The notes beneath the pieces are model-generated. The model had not been told where the DNA came from. It did no database searches and saw only the letters and a list, made by a program, of their open reading frames with translations. From the NCBI GenBank assembly GCA_017538255.1, contig JAFYJD010000012.1, positions 5,714-69,713 on the forward strand: a stretch of 64,000 nucleotides of DNA, in the 5' to 3' direction. Of this stretch, positions 8,608 to 19,483 are shown piece by piece (the stretch's first letter is position 1; every line of letters starts with the position of its first letter). A program made the position numbers and the translations under genes. The DNA is from Clostridia bacterium (GTDB lineage: Bacteria > Bacillota > Clostridia > Christensenellales > CAG-138).

Positions 8608-9666
8608 ATGACGCAACTGCTTGATGTTCGCAAAATGAATATTCTTCGAGCCATAGTGGACGACTATATCCTTACCGCCGCGCCTGTCGGTTCGAGGACG
8701 CTGTCAAAGCGCGACGATATTGAACTTTCGCCCGCGACCATACGCAACGAGATGAGCGATCTTACGGAACTCGGTTTTCTGGAACAGCCGCACACGAGCG
8801 CCGGCAGAGTGCCGAGCGAGAAGGCATACAGGCTCTATGTAAGCAATATTATGGACCGTGCTCAACTCACCGAGGATGAGGCTGAATACATAAAGGCGCA
8901 TCTCAGTCAGCGGGTCAGCGAAGTGGGCGACGTTATAAAAGAAACGGCAAGGATGCTTTCCGGCATCACAAAATACACTTCGGTCGTCCAGATGCCGCAT
9001 ATGAAGAACGCGCGGCTCAAACATATCAGCCTTGTACCCGTTACCGAGGGCAGTGCGCTTGCGATAGTCGTTACGAACTCGGGCGCAACAAACAGCACGC
9101 TTCTTACCGTGCCGAAGGGGATAACTACAGCGCATCTTGAAAAGATCAGTTCCCTTATGAACACTCGCCTTTCGGGCTATAAACTTGTTGACGTTCAAAC
9201 GACGCTCCTTCCGCTTTTGCGTGAAGAAGTGGGTGAGCAGGCCGAATCGGTCGCCGAGATGCTCGAAGGTATCTCAAACGATATGACAAGGCAGAATGTA
9301 GAGGTCGTCGGCGCCGCCAATATGCTCGATTATCCCGAGTATTCCGACGTAGCAAAAGCCAAATCGTTCCTGTCGGAACTCGAAAAGGGCGAAGTGCTGA
9401 AAGAAGTCCTTTCCGATGACGGCGATGTTGAAATGACGATACGCATCGGCAAAGAAAATGACAACCCCGAACTCAAGGATTGCTCCGTCATCACCGTTTC
9501 ATACAGGGTCTGCGGGGAGCAGGTAGGCTCGATGGGCGTTATCGGTCCAACGCGTATGGACTATGGCAAGGTCGTGGCTGTGCTCAAGTTTATGAGTGAG
9601 AATCTCGGCAAGGTCCTGAGCCGAATGCTTCTTGGCGACGGCTCGGACGGTGCAAACAATAAATAA
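8608..9666 (+). CDS. hrcA: heat-inducible transcription repressor HrcA
   Basis: MTQLLDVRKMNILRAIVDDYILTAAPVGSRTL is a typical HrcA N-terminus. RBS AAAGGAGG. Position upstream of grpE-dnaK-dnaJ. Confidence 0.95.
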   Translation: MTQLLDVRKMNILRAIVDDYILTAAPVGSRTLSKRDDIELSPATIRNEMSDLTELGFLEQPHTSAGRVPSEKAYRLYVSNIMDRAQLTEDEAEYIKAHLSQRVSEVGDVIKETARMLSGITKYTSVVQMPHMKNARLKHISLVPVTEGSALAIVVTNSGATNSTLLTVPKGITTAHLEKISSLMNTRLSGYKLVDVQTTLLPLLREEVGEQAESVAEMLEGISNDMTRQNVEVVGAANMLDYPEYSDVAKAKSFLSELEKGEVLKEVLSDDGDVEMTIRIGKENDNPELKDCSVITVSYRVCGEQVGSMGVIGPTRMDYGKVVAVLKFMSENLGKVLSRMLLGDGSDGANNK

Positions 9667-9695
9667 TCACGCTCTTGGGCGTCAAGGAGGCAAAT

Positions 9696-10304
9696 ATGTC
9701 TAAGGATAAAAAGCATTTGAACAAAGAGAAGACCAAGAACGAAGATACCGCCGTCGAGATCGAGACCGAGACTGAGGCGGCTAACGAGTCGGCTGAAACA
9801 GAGTCCGACGGCAGCGTCGTGTTCACAAAGGACGAGTTCGATAGGGCGAAGGCCGAGATAGAGCGTATGCAGAAGGAATGCGAGGAGGCCAAGAAAGCGA
9901 CCGACGAAGCGATACTGGACGCACAGCGCATCCAGGCTGAATTCGCAAACTTTCGCAAGCGCAACGCGACCGTCCGCGCGGACAGTATGGACGACGGCGT
10001 ACGCGATACGATAAAGGCGCTGCTTCCTGTGCTTGATAACTTTGACAGGGCGTTCGACAACTCGGACGGCTCTCCGTTTGCCAAGGGTATGGAGCAGATA
10101 CATAAACAACTGATCGCCTGCCTTGAAAAATGCGGTCTTGAAACCGTAGAATCTGAAGGCGCGTTCGATCCCAATCTGCACGAAGCGGTTATGCAGGACG
10201 ATGAGTCAGACGCGGAAAGCGGCACGATAACCGCCGTGCTTCAAAAGGGCTATCGCGTAAAGGGTAAGATAATCCGGCACACGATGGTAAAAGTGAAGAG
10301 TTGA
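9696..10304 (+). CDS. grpE: nucleotide exchange factor GrpE
   Basis: Acidic N-terminus, then EFANFRKR...LLPVLDNFDRA...HEAV motifs. Start ATG 9696 after AGGAGG. Confidence 0.95.
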   Translation: MSKDKKHLNKEKTKNEDTAVEIETETEAANESAETESDGSVVFTKDEFDRAKAEIERMQKECEEAKKATDEAILDAQRIQAEFANFRKRNATVRADSMDDGVRDTIKALLPVLDNFDRAFDNSDGSPFAKGMEQIHKQLIACLEKCGLETVESEGAFDPNLHEAVMQDDESDAESGTITAVLQKGYRVKGKIIRHTMVKVKS

Positions 10305-10366
10305 CAAACCGGTTAACGACCCGAAAGGGTAAAATAATACAAAACCCATTTTAGGAGGAAAAAACT

Positions 10367-12220
10367 ATGTCAAAAATCATCGGTATTGACCTTGGTACCA
10401 CTAATTCCTGCGTCGCCGTTCTTGAAGGCGGCGAACCCGTTGTTATCCCCAATCCCGAAGGCTCGCGCACCACGCCTTCCGTCGTAGCGTTCAAAGGCAG
10501 CGAACGCCTTGTTGGACAGGTCGCAAAGCGTCAAGCCATCACCAATCCCGACAACACCGTAAGCTCGATCAAGCGCGAAATGGGCAGCGATTATCGCCGC
10601 ACCATCGAGGGCAAGACCTATACTCCGCAGGAGATCTCCGCAATGATCCTTCAAAAACTGAAGCAGGACGCGGAAGCATACCTCGGCGAAACTGTTTCCG
10701 ACGCTGTTATTACAGTTCCCGCTTACTTCTCGGACAGCCAACGTCAGGCTACCAAGGACGCGGGCAAGATCGCGGGCCTGGATGTCAAGCGCATCATCAA
10801 CGAGCCGACCGCGGCAGCTCTCGCCTACGGTGTGGATAAGGAGCAGGAGCAGCGGATCATGGTTTACGACCTCGGCGGCGGCACCTTAGATGGGTCCATC
10901 CTCGAGATCGGCGACGGTGTTTTTGAAGTTCTTGCGACTGCGGGCAACAACCGACTTGGCGGCGACGACTTCGACGAGAGGCTGATGAACTATATGGCGG
11001 ACGAATTTAAAAAGTCCCACAGCATCGACCTTCGCGGCGACCGTATGGCGAAGCAGAGGCTGAAAGAGGCGGCTGAAAAGGCAAAGATCGAACTCTCGGG
11101 TATGATGAGCGCAAACGTCAATCTGCCGTTCATCTCAATGGACTCCAACGGCCCCGTTCACTTCGATATGAACATCACACGCGCAAAGTTCAACGAACTC
11201 ATCGGAGATCTTCTTGACAAGACAAAGACCTGCGTACAGCAGGCTATGCGCGACGCGGGTCTGACCAACGACAAACTCGACAAGGTAATCCTCGTGGGCG
11301 GCTCCAGCCGTGTACCCGCAGTTCAGGAACTCGTTAAGACCATCACTGGTAAAGAGCCTTTCAAGGGCATCAACCCCGATGAATGCGTTGCGCTCGGCGC
11401 TGCGATCCAGGGTGGTGTTCTCGGCGGCGAGGTCAAGGATCTGTTGCTGCTCGACGTTACTCCGCTTAGCCTCGGCATCGAGACCCTCGGCGGCGTATTT
11501 ACAAAACTCATCGAGAGGAACACCACCATCCCCGCTAAGAAGAGCCAGGTATTCTCCACGGCGGCGGACGGTCAAACCAGCGTTGAGATCCACGTTCTCC
11601 AGGGCGAAAGGGAGATGGCGCAGTACAACAAATCTCTCGGCAAGTTCCAACTTACCGGCATCGCGCCCGCTCCCCGCGGGGTACCGCAGATCGAGGTCAG
11701 TTTCGATATCGACGCAAACGGCATCGTGCACGTAACCGCGAAGGATCTCGGAACAGGCAACGAGCAGAACATCACCATCACCGCTTCCAGCAACCTATCT
11801 GAAGCAGAGATCGACCGCGCCGTCAAGGATGCGGAGCGCTATGCGAGCGAGGATAAGCAGCGCAAGGAAGAAGTCGAGATCCGCAACCACGCCGACACCC
11901 TTGTGTATGAGACCGAAAAGACGATGAAGGAACTCGGCGATAAGATCGCCGACGATGACAAGGAAAAGATCACCACCGAGATAGAGAACGTCAAAAACGC
12001 GCTCTCCGGCAGCGACGCTTCTGCGATCAAGTCCGCGACCGAGAAACTTACCGAGGTTTCATACGAGATCTTCGGCAAGATCTATCAGCAGGCAAATCCG
12101 AACGGCGCTCAGGGATTTGACCCGAACGCGGGCGGATTCGATCCCAACGCTGCCGCCGAAAACAATGGCGGCAATGACGACGGCGTAGTAGATGCAGAAT
12201 ACGAAGTCGTGGATAACTGA
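10367..12220 (+). CDS. dnaK: molecular chaperone DnaK (Hsp70)
   Basis: [23 protein letters not shown] and IVHV signatures. 617 aa. Confidence 0.98.
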   Translation: MSKIIGIDLGTTNSCVAVLEGGEPVVIPNPEGSRTTPSVVAFKGSERLVGQVAKRQAITNPDNTVSSIKREMGSDYRRTIEGKTYTPQEISAMILQKLKQDAEAYLGETVSDAVITVPAYFSDSQRQATKDAGKIAGLDVKRIINEPTAAALAYGVDKEQEQRIMVYDLGGGTLDGSILEIGDGVFEVLATAGNNRLGGDDFDERLMNYMADEFKKSHSIDLRGDRMAKQRLKEAAEKAKIELSGMMSANVNLPFISMDSNGPVHFDMNITRAKFNELIGDLLDKTKTCVQQAMRDAGLTNDKLDKVILVGGSSRVPAVQELVKTITGKEPFKGINPDECVALGAAIQGGVLGGEVKDLLLLDVTPLSLGIETLGGVFTKLIERNTTIPAKKSQVFSTAADGQTSVEIHVLQGEREMAQYNKSLGKFQLTGIAPAPRGVPQIEVSFDIDANGIVHVTAKDLGTGNEQNITITASSNLSEAEIDRAVKDAERYASEDKQRKEEVEIRNHADTLVYETEKTMKELGDKIADDDKEKITTEIENVKNALSGSDASAIKSATEKLTEVSYEIFGKIYQQANPNGAQGFDPNAGGFDPNAAAENNGGNDDGVVDAEYEVVDN

Positions 12221-12256
12221 CGGCATCATAGTATAGATCAAAGATTTTTGAACGAA

Positions 12257-12287
12257 GGGGCGCGGAAGTTGCCGTGCCCCTCGGTTT
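12257..12287 (+). terminator. weak intercistronic hairpin / partial terminator between dnaK and dnaJ
   Basis: ggggcgcgg (12257-12265) pairs with ccgtgcccc (12272-12280) with one mismatch, followed by tcggttt. Confidence 0.3.
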
Positions 12288-12337
12288 GATAAAACGCTTG
12301 GAGCACACCGCTGCAGCGTATTTTTTGGGGTGATTCA

Positions 12338-13513
12338 ATGTCGAATAAAAGAGATTATTACGAAGTTCTCGGCATAAACAAGACCGCGAGCGACGATGAG
12401 ATAAAATCCGCATACAGAAAACTTGCAAAGAAATACCACCCGGATCTGAACCCGGGCGATAAGGCGGCTGAAGCGAGTTTTAAAGAAGTGAACGAGGCTT
12501 ACGAGGTGCTTTCGGACGGAGAAAAACGCTCCAAATATGACCAGTTCGGTCATGCCGCGTTCGATCCTTCTGCGGGTGGATACGGCGGGTTCTCAGGCTT
12601 TGGCGGATTTTCAGGTTTCTCAAGCAGCGGATTCTCCGGTTCATTCAGCGGCTTCGAGGATATTCTCGGCTCAATGTTCGGCGGCGGCTTCACGGGCGGC
12701 GGCAGGAGCGCGAATCCAAACGCGCCAATCGCAGGCGACGATTTGAGGTATTCGCTCACGATCACATTCGAGGAAGCGGCGTTCGGCTGCAAAAAGGAAG
12801 TATCCTACCGCAGGGAAGAAAAATGCGAATCCTGCGGCGGCAGCGGTGCCAAGCAGGGCTCCGATGTCAAGACCTGTCCCAAGTGTAAGGGCACGGGACA
12901 AGTCCGCATTCAGCAAAATACAGTGTTCGGCTCAATGATGTCCACCCGCGTCTGTGATTCCTGCGGCGGCAGCGGCAAGATCATCGATAAGCCCTGTGAT
13001 ACCTGTAAGGGAAACGGCAGGGTAAGCAAGGCCGTCAAGGTCAATGTTACAGTTCCCGCCGGCATCGACGACGCCCAAACAATTCGCGTTTCCGGCAAGG
13101 GCGGCGCGGGCTATAACGGCGGGCCGGACGGCGATCTGCTCGTTACGATACGTGTCAAGAACCATAAGCAGTTTATACGCGAGGGATTCAACCTCTATAC
13201 GACGCTTGTTATCCCCATAACGACCGCTGTGCTTGGCGGCGAAGTCAAAGTGCCCACGCTTTCGGGGGAAGTCAAATACAACATCCCCGCAGGCACGCAG
13301 AGCGGCACCACATTCAGGCTTAAGGAACAGGGCATTCAGAAACTGCGCCAGAGCGGCAAGGGCGATCTTTATATAAACGTAACGGTCGATATCCCGAAGC
13401 ATATTACGGACGAGCAGCGCAGCCTGTTTGAGCAACTTGCCGTAACATTCGGCACGGAACATATCGAGTCAGGCTCACTATTTTCAAGAAGAAAAAAGAC
13501 AAAGAAAAAATAA
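12338..13513 (+). CDS. dnaJ: molecular chaperone DnaJ
   Basis: J-domain with HPD (KYHPDLNP), a G/F-rich region, and four CxxCxGxG zinc-finger repeats. Confidence 0.97.
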   Translation: MSNKRDYYEVLGINKTASDDEIKSAYRKLAKKYHPDLNPGDKAAEASFKEVNEAYEVLSDGEKRSKYDQFGHAAFDPSAGGYGGFSGFGGFSGFSSSGFSGSFSGFEDILGSMFGGGFTGGGRSANPNAPIAGDDLRYSLTITFEEAAFGCKKEVSYRREEKCESCGGSGAKQGSDVKTCPKCKGTGQVRIQQNTVFGSMMSTRVCDSCGGSGKIIDKPCDTCKGNGRVSKAVKVNVTVPAGIDDAQTIRVSGKGGAGYNGGPDGDLLVTIRVKNHKQFIREGFNLYTTLVIPITTAVLGGEVKVPTLSGEVKYNIPAGTQSGTTFRLKEQGIQKLRQSGKGDLYINVTVDIPKHITDEQRSLFEQLAVTFGTEHIESGSLFSRRKKTKKK

Positions 13514-13521
13514 ACTATACT

Positions 13522-13546
13522 CCGCCCGATTTTGGGCGGTTTTTTA
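13522..13546 (+). terminator. rho-independent terminator after dnaJ
   Basis: ccgccc / gggcgg stem followed by tttttt. Confidence 0.7.
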
Positions 13547-13605
13547 TTGATATATTCATTGTGATGCAGTATAATTGTCCCAGCACAACCGAGAGGGAGG
13601 AAACA

Positions 13606-14460
13606 ATGTACAAGATCTATAAAAAGCGATCGCTTAATCCGACCGTTACCGAGATGCAGATAGTATCTCCGCTTGTTGCAAACAAAGCAAAACCGGGCCA
13701 GTTCATAATCCTTCGCGTTGACGAAGACGGCGAGAGGATCCCGCTCACCGTCGCGGGCGTTGATAAAGTAAACGGCACCGTTAAAATCATTTTTCAGATC
13801 GTCGGCGCAACCACGGAAAAACTCAACCGTCTCAATGAAGGCGACTTCATACAGGATTTCGTCGGGCCGCTTGGCGTTCCCACACATACAGACGGTGTCA
13901 AAAAAGTTTGCATAGTCGGCGGCGGCGTAGGCTGCGCGATAGCGATGCCCGTTGCTGAGGAGTTTCACCGCCTCGGCGCGGAGGTAACAAGCATCATAGG
14001 ATTCAGAAATAAGGATCTACTGATCCTCGAAGACGAGTTCAAAGCCTGCTCCGATAAACTCGTCGTTATGACCGACGACGGCTCCTATGCGCGTCACGGC
14101 AATGTCACAGTTCCTCTTAAAGAGATGCTCGAAGCGGGTGAAAAGTTCGATTTGATCATCACCATCGGGCCGCTGATTATGATGAAGTTCGTCACGCTGA
14201 CCGCAAAACCGTTCGGCGTGCCCGTCACCGTCAGTATGAACCCGATCATGATCGACGGAACGGGTATGTGCGGCTGCTGCCGTTTGACCCTAAACAGGGA
14301 TGGAGATAGGATAACAAAGTTTGCCTGTGTCGACGGTCCCGACTTCAACGGCTATGAGGTCGATTTCGACGAGGCTATGAGCCGCGGCAGGATGTATTTT
14401 GATTTCGAGCGCAAGGCACATGAACAGACCTGCAACCTTTTCAAACAGGCAGAGGCATAA
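13606..14460 (+). CDS. nfnA: NfnA-type sulfide/dihydroorotate dehydrogenase-like FAD/NAD-binding subunit (ferredoxin:NADP oxidoreductase small subunit)
   Basis: FNR-like fold sequence with a C-terminal GMCGCCR [2Fe-2S] motif, paired with the downstream GltD-like subunit. Start ATG 13606 after GGGAGG. Confidence 0.75.
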   Translation: MYKIYKKRSLNPTVTEMQIVSPLVANKAKPGQFIILRVDEDGERIPLTVAGVDKVNGTVKIIFQIVGATTEKLNRLNEGDFIQDFVGPLGVPTHTDGVKKVCIVGGGVGCAIAMPVAEEFHRLGAEVTSIIGFRNKDLLILEDEFKACSDKLVVMTDDGSYARHGNVTVPLKEMLEAGEKFDLIITIGPLIMMKFVTLTAKPFGVPVTVSMNPIMIDGTGMCGCCRLTLNRDGDRITKFACVDGPDFNGYEVDFDEAMSRGRMYFDFERKAHEQTCNLFKQAEA

Positions 14461-14473
14461 GGGGGATAGCAAA

Positions 14474-15880
14474 ATGGCGATCGTACAAAAGAAGAATGAA
14501 ATGCCCACTCAGGCGCCGGAGATAAGAGCGCATAATTTCAACGAAGTCGCGCTCGGCTACACGGCCGAGATAGCGATTGAAGAAGCAAAACGCTGTCTTA
14601 ATTGCAAAAATCGCCCATGTGTGGATGGCTGCCCCGTGAATATCAATATCCCCGACTTCATTTCAAAAATGAAAACGGGCGATTTTGAGGGCGCGTACAA
14701 GATCATCAGCGAGAGTTCGTCGCTGCCCGCGGTTTGCGGCCGCGTCTGCCCGCAGGAGACCCAATGCGAAAGCAAATGCACGCTCGGTATCAAGTTTGAG
14801 CCCGTCGGCATCGGCAGACTCGAAAGATTTGCAGCCGACTACCATAACTTAAACGCAAAAGAAAAGCGAGTGATGCCGACAGGAAACGGGCACCGCGTTG
14901 CGATCGTGGGCTCGGGACCTTCCGGTCTTACCTGTGCGGGCGATCTTGCCAAGAAGGGCTATAAAGTGACTGTGTTCGAGGCGCTCCATACAGCGGGCGG
15001 CGTGCTTGTCTACGGCATACCCGAGTTCCGTCTTCCCAAAGCGATAGTTGCAAAAGAGGTAGACACACTCAAGACGCTTGGCGTGGAGGTGGAAACCAAC
15101 GTAGTTATCGGTAAAACGCTCACGATCGACGAACTGTTCGAGCAGGGCTTTGAGGCTGTGTTCATCGGCTCGGGTGCGGGGCTTCCCAACTTTATGGGCA
15201 TACCAGGCGAGAGCCTAAAAGGCGTTTACTCCGCAAATGAGTTTCTTACAAGAAGCAATTTGATGAAGTCCTACCTCGAAAATCCCGTAACTCCGATTAT
15301 GAAGGGCGGTAAGGTCGCGGTCGTCGGCGGCGGCAACGTTGCTATGGATGCCGCAAGAACAGCGCTGCGTCTTGGCGCCGATAAGGTCTATATCGTCTAT
15401 CGCCGCTCTATGGATGAACTTCCAGCAAGGCGCGAGGAAGTCGAACACGCCGAAGAGGAGGGCATCGATTTCAGGCTGCTCAATAACCCAGTTGAGATAC
15501 TCGGTTATGAGAACAGGGACGATCCGCGCGATCCGAAGAACGGCTTTGTGCGCGGTATGCGCTGCATCCGTATGGAACTCGGCGAGCCGGATGCAAAGGG
15601 CAGAAGACGTCCCGTTCCCGTTACTGGAAGCGAATTCGAACTCGATGTCGACACCGTTATCATTTCGATCGGAACAAGCCCGAATCCGCTTATCAAGGAT
15701 ACTACGGCGGGGCTTGACGTGAACTCCCACGGAGGCATCATCGTGAACGAGGACGGACTTACTTCGCGCACGGCGATTTATGCGGGCGGCGACGCCGTAA
15801 CGGGTGCGGCGACTGTAATATCCGCAATGGGCGCAGGCAAGGTCGCGGCAAAGGCGATCGATGATTATTTGATGAAATGA
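14474..15880 (+). CDS. nfnB: NfnB-type NADPH-dependent glutamate synthase small-chain homologue
   Basis: Two 4Fe-4S Cys clusters (CLNCKNRPCVDGCP, CGRVCPQETQCESKC) and dinucleotide folds (VAIVGSGPSGL, VAVVGGGNVAMD). Start ATG 14474. Confidence 0.75.
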   Translation: MAIVQKKNEMPTQAPEIRAHNFNEVALGYTAEIAIEEAKRCLNCKNRPCVDGCPVNINIPDFISKMKTGDFEGAYKIISESSSLPAVCGRVCPQETQCESKCTLGIKFEPVGIGRLERFAADYHNLNAKEKRVMPTGNGHRVAIVGSGPSGLTCAGDLAKKGYKVTVFEALHTAGGVLVYGIPEFRLPKAIVAKEVDTLKTLGVEVETNVVIGKTLTIDELFEQGFEAVFIGSGAGLPNFMGIPGESLKGVYSANEFLTRSNLMKSYLENPVTPIMKGGKVAVVGGGNVAMDAARTALRLGADKVYIVYRRSMDELPARREEVEHAEEEGIDFRLLNNPVEILGYENRDDPRDPKNGFVRGMRCIRMELGEPDAKGRRRPVPVTGSEFELDVDTVIISIGTSPNPLIKDTTAGLDVNSHGGIIVNEDGLTSRTAIYAGGDAVTGAATVISAMGAGKVAAKAIDDYLMK

Positions 15881-15891
15881 CCCAAATTAAA

Positions 15892-15921
15892 AGAGTTCCG
15901 AACATTCGGGACTCTTTTTTT
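15892..15921 (+). terminator. rho-independent terminator after nfnB
   Basis: agagttccga / tcgggactct stem (one mismatch) followed by ttttttt. Confidence 0.65.
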
Positions 15922-15924
15922 ACC

Positions 15925-15959
15925 TAAAAAGGCGGCTCTTTTGGAAAAAGCCGCCTTTG
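15925..15959 (-). terminator. rho-independent terminator after glyA
   Basis: aaaggcggc (15928-15936) pairs with gccgccttt (15950-15958). A U-run follows on the minus transcript. Confidence 0.65.
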
Positions 15960-15975
15960 AGTTTTGTTATGATAT

Positions 15976-17220
15976 TCAGTTGCCGGGGTAGAGGGGATAC
16001 TTCTCGGTGAGCTTGGCAACTTCGGACTTGACGTATTCGACAGCGTCTTCGCCCTCAAATACGATCTTCGCGATCAGGCCGGCGATGACGACCATATCGT
16101 CCTCTTTGAAGCCACGGCTGGTCAGCGCGGGAGTGCCGATGCGGATACCGCTGGTAACGAAGGGGCTGCGGGTCTCCTTGGGGATCGTATTCTTGTTGAC
16201 GGTGATGTTTGCGGCGTCGAGCAGATTTTCGACCTCTTTGCCGCTCTTGCCGCTGGCGTTAAGGTCAACGAGCATAAGGTGGTTGTCTGTGCCGCCGGAT
16301 ACGATGCGAAGACCTGCGTTCTGGAGTTCCTTGGCGAGTACGGCGGCGTTCTTGACGACCTGCTTCTGGTATTCTTTGAACTCGGGCTGAAGCGCCTCGT
16401 AGAAGCAAACTGCCTTTGCGGCGATGGTGTGCATAAGCGGACCGCCCTGGGTGCCGGGGAAGATGCCCTTGTCGATGGCTTTTGCATATTCTTCCTTGCA
16501 GAGGATCAGACCGCCGCGGGGACCGCGAAGCGTCTTATGCGTGGTGGAGGTAACAACATCGGCATAGGGAACGGGATTCATATGCAGACCCGCAGCAACA
16601 AGACCGGCGATATGCGCCATATCGACCATAAAGATGGCGCCGACTTCCTTTGCGATATCGCTGATAAGGTCGAAACGGATCGCACGGGGATATGCGCTTG
16701 CACCCGCCACGATGAGTTTGGGCTTGCATTCGAGCGCGAGCCTGCGGAGTTCGTCGTAATCGATCTGCTCGTCATCCTCGCTTACACCGTAGGGAACAAC
16801 GTTGAAGTATTTGCCGCTCATATTGACGGGGCTGCCGTGGGTAAGATGGCCGCCGTGGGAGAGGTTCATACCGAGGATGGTATCGCCGGGCTCGAGCAGG
16901 GAGAAATAGACCGAAAGATTGGCCTGTGCGCCGGAGTGGGGCTGAACGTTAGCGTGGTCCGCGCCGAAGAGCTGCTTTGCGCGTTCGCGGGCAAGATCTT
17001 CAACCTTGTCAACACATTCGCAGCCGCCGTAGTAGCGCTTTGTGGGATAACCTTCGGCGTACTTGTTGGTGAGATGACTGCCCATTGCCGCCATAACCGT
17101 TTCGCTCACGAAGTTCTCGGACGCGATGAGTTCGAGGTGGCTGCGCTGACGGGCGAGTTCCTCTTCCATATAGCCGCAAAGTTCGGGGTCGTTCTTACGG
17201 ATCAAATCAAACTGGATCAT
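15976..17220 (-). CDS. glyA: serine hydroxymethyltransferase
   Basis: LELIASENF and the PLP site [12 protein letters not shown]. The start is moved to ATG 17220 ([14 protein letters not shown]) after GGAGG. The track N-terminal extension is non-coding-like. Confidence 0.97.
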   Translation of the reverse strand: MIQFDLIRKNDPELCGYMEEELARQRSHLELIASENFVSETVMAAMGSHLTNKYAEGYPTKRYYGGCECVDKVEDLARERAKQLFGADHANVQPHSGAQANLSVYFSLLEPGDTILGMNLSHGGHLTHGSPVNMSGKYFNVVPYGVSEDDEQIDYDELRRLALECKPKLIVAGASAYPRAIRFDLISDIAKEVGAIFMVDMAHIAGLVAAGLHMNPVPYADVVTSTTHKTLRGPRGGLILCKEEYAKAIDKGIFPGTQGGPLMHTIAAKAVCFYEALQPEFKEYQKQVVKNAAVLAKELQNAGLRIVSGGTDNHLMLVDLNASGKSGKEVENLLDAANITVNKNTIPKETRSPFVTSGIRIGTPALTSRGFKEDDMVVIAGLIAKIVFEGEDAVEYVKSEVAKLTEKYPLYPGN

Positions 17221-17436
17221 TTGGATGCCTCCATAATATTTATTGCTTTCAGTATTATAGAACAAAAGCCGCAATAAGGCAACAACGCACCGCCGAAAAC
17301 TGCCCGAAAAATAAAATATAATCGTTCCTCTCAGGTCAATGTGCGTACAATATACAAACTTAATGCTATAAAAGCCGTTGAAATCGCACTCGTTAAGTGT
17401 TAAAATTATGTCAAACGAGAACGAATGGAGCATTTT

Positions 17437-17673
17437 ATGAGAAGAGCATTGAGCATTATCGGCATTATTCTTGCCGCAGCAGGTTTTGTATTACTCTGCC
17501 TTTCATGGATAATCCCAAGCATCAAGGTCATCATCCCTATCGCTATGTTCATCGGCGCGCTGATCGTGCTGTTCATCGTTAAGCGTATGGCGGATGACGG
17601 CGATCAAGGAGAGGGCACCGTTTCGCTGCCAAACGCCGCTTTCAAGGACGATACCGATGGGGGAGATAAATAA
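17437..17673 (+). CDS. small membrane protein (2 TM, acidic tail), unknown function
   Basis: [48 protein letters not shown] followed by an acidic tail. Its stop TAA (17671-17673) is 1 nt from the ABC exporter ATG (17675). Confidence 0.5.
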   Translation: MRRALSIIGIILAAAGFVLLCLSWIIPSIKVIIPIAMFIGALIVLFIVKRMADDGDQGEGTVSLPNAAFKDDTDGGDK

Positions 17674-17674
17674 A

Positions 17675-19453
17675 ATGAGCAAAAGAACGAATAAAAAACA
17701 GTCGGGCATAGTTCGATTTGCCCGTTATTATAAGCCTCATATGGGCCTGTTTATGACGGATATGTCCTGCGCGCTGTTTATGTCAATAGTGGACATCTCT
17801 TATCCGCTTATTTCGCGCTATGCACTCAACAATTACCTCAATGTTTCCATGCCAAACTACACGCCGTTTTTTATGCTAATGGGCGCCTGCGTGCTGCTTT
17901 ACATACTTCGCACGGTGGCGACATATACCGTAACGTACCTCGGACATACGCTCGGCGTCAGCATAGAAGCCGATATGCGCCGCGACGTATTTGCGCACCT
18001 GCAAAAACTCGGCTTCAGTTTTTACGATAAATCGCGCACGGGCAAACTGCTTTCGCGCTGCACCAACGATCTGTTCGACGTAACCGAACTTGCGCATCAC
18101 GGCCCCGAGGATGTGTTTATCTCGATAGTTACATTCATTGGTGCGTTCGTCGCGATGCTGTTTATCGAGTGGCGGCTTGCGATGCTTCTCATATTCACCG
18201 TGCCGCTTATGTTGCTTTTTGTAATGAAACTGCGCACTCATATGAGCCGCACTTCGCGCAAGGTCAAGGAGGGCGTTGCGATAATCAACGCCGATATTGA
18301 GTCGTCGATCAGCGGCGCTCGCGTTGCAAAAGCCTTTACGAACGAAAGTTACGAGATCGAAAAGTTTGAAAAGGGCAACAGTATATTCATTCGCTCCAAA
18401 CGCGCCTACTACAAAACAATGGGTATGTTCCACGCGGGTATGGAGTTCTTCACCTCGATAATGAACGTGCTGGTGCTTATGTTCAGCGGCCTTCTGATAA
18501 TGAAGGGCAAGATGGACAACACCACTTTGATCGTGTTCCTTCTTTATATCTCTTCGTTCACAAATCCGATCCGCAAACTTGCCGCATTCTCCGAGCAATA
18601 CGCAATGGGTATGGCGGGTTTCAAACGCTTTACCGAACTTCTCGATACCGAGCCCGATATAATGGACGCGGACAACGCCGAAACCCTCTCAGACGTTAAA
18701 GGCAATATCGAGTTCAAAGATGTCTCGTTTGCCTACGAGACCGTCGACGGCGAAAAAATAAAAAAGGTTCTCGAACACCTTGATCTCAAGATAACTGCGG
18801 GGGAGACCGTCGCTCTCGTCGGCCCGTCCGGAGGAGGAAAGACCACGCTTTGCCACCTGCTTCCGCGCTTTTATGAAGTGCTGGACGGCTCAATAACCGT
18901 AGACGGACACGATATAAGGGACGTAACGCTTGCTTCCCTAAGAAAGAATATCGGCATCGTTCAGCAGGATGTTTTCCTGTTTGCGGCAAGCATCAAGGAT
19001 AATATCCGCTACGGCAATATCGACGCGACCGACGAGGAGATCTTCCGCGCGGCTGTCGCTGCGGAGATCCACGACGATATTATGCGTATGCCGGACGGCT
19101 ACGACACGATCGTCGGCGAGCGCGGCATCACGCTTTCGGGCGGTCAAAAACAGCGCGTATCCATCGCGAGGATCTTCCTCAAAAACCCGCCGATACTCAT
19201 CCTCGACGAGGCTACGAGCGCGCTCGACTCCGCAACGGAAGCGCGCATCACCGCCGCGTTTGAGCGTTTGAGCAAGGGCAGAACAACGCTCGTTATCGCG
19301 CACAGGCTCTCGACCGTTCGCAACGCGGACAGGATCGCCGTGATCGATGATCGCGGCATCGTTGAGATGGGCAGCCACGATGAATTGCTGCAAAGGGGCG
19401 GGGAGTATAAAAAACTCCACGACGCGCAAAACAGCTTCTATCTTATCAAATGA
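17675..19453 (+). CDS. ABC transporter, fused permease/ATP-binding protein (type I exporter, MsbA/MDR-like)
   Basis: Six-TM N-terminal half. Walker A GPSGGGKTT, signature LSGGQKQR, Walker B ILILDEATSALD. Confidence 0.9.
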   Translation: MSKRTNKKQSGIVRFARYYKPHMGLFMTDMSCALFMSIVDISYPLISRYALNNYLNVSMPNYTPFFMLMGACVLLYILRTVATYTVTYLGHTLGVSIEADMRRDVFAHLQKLGFSFYDKSRTGKLLSRCTNDLFDVTELAHHGPEDVFISIVTFIGAFVAMLFIEWRLAMLLIFTVPLMLLFVMKLRTHMSRTSRKVKEGVAIINADIESSISGARVAKAFTNESYEIEKFEKGNSIFIRSKRAYYKTMGMFHAGMEFFTSIMNVLVLMFSGLLIMKGKMDNTTLIVFLLYISSFTNPIRKLAAFSEQYAMGMAGFKRFTELLDTEPDIMDADNAETLSDVKGNIEFKDVSFAYETVDGEKIKKVLEHLDLKITAGETVALVGPSGGGKTTLCHLLPRFYEVLDGSITVDGHDIRDVTLASLRKNIGIVQQDVFLFAASIKDNIRYGNIDATDEEIFRAAVAAEIHDDIMRMPDGYDTIVGERGITLSGGQKQRVSIARIFLKNPPILILDEATSALDSATEARITAAFERLSKGRTTLVIAHRLSTVRNADRIAVIDDRGIVEMGSHDELLQRGGEYKKLHDAQNSFYLIK

Positions 19454-19483
19454 TAAACCGATATGGCCCAAAAGGAGGATAAT

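Noticed and set aside
10880-10900. DnaK carries [12 protein letters not shown] instead of the nearly universal DLGGGTFDVSIL.
   Set aside because: The segment still satisfies the Hsp70 signature, because the variable x(3) positions cover these residues, and the rest of the protein is canonical. This is most likely natural variation or a sequencing-level difference. It cannot be evaluated without relatives.
17221-17420. A ZTP/THF-type riboswitch upstream of glyA.
   Set aside because: Reading the minus strand shows a TTGCCT-17-TATAAT promoter only about 40 nt from the start codon. None of the conserved ZTP (pfl) or THF motifs are present.
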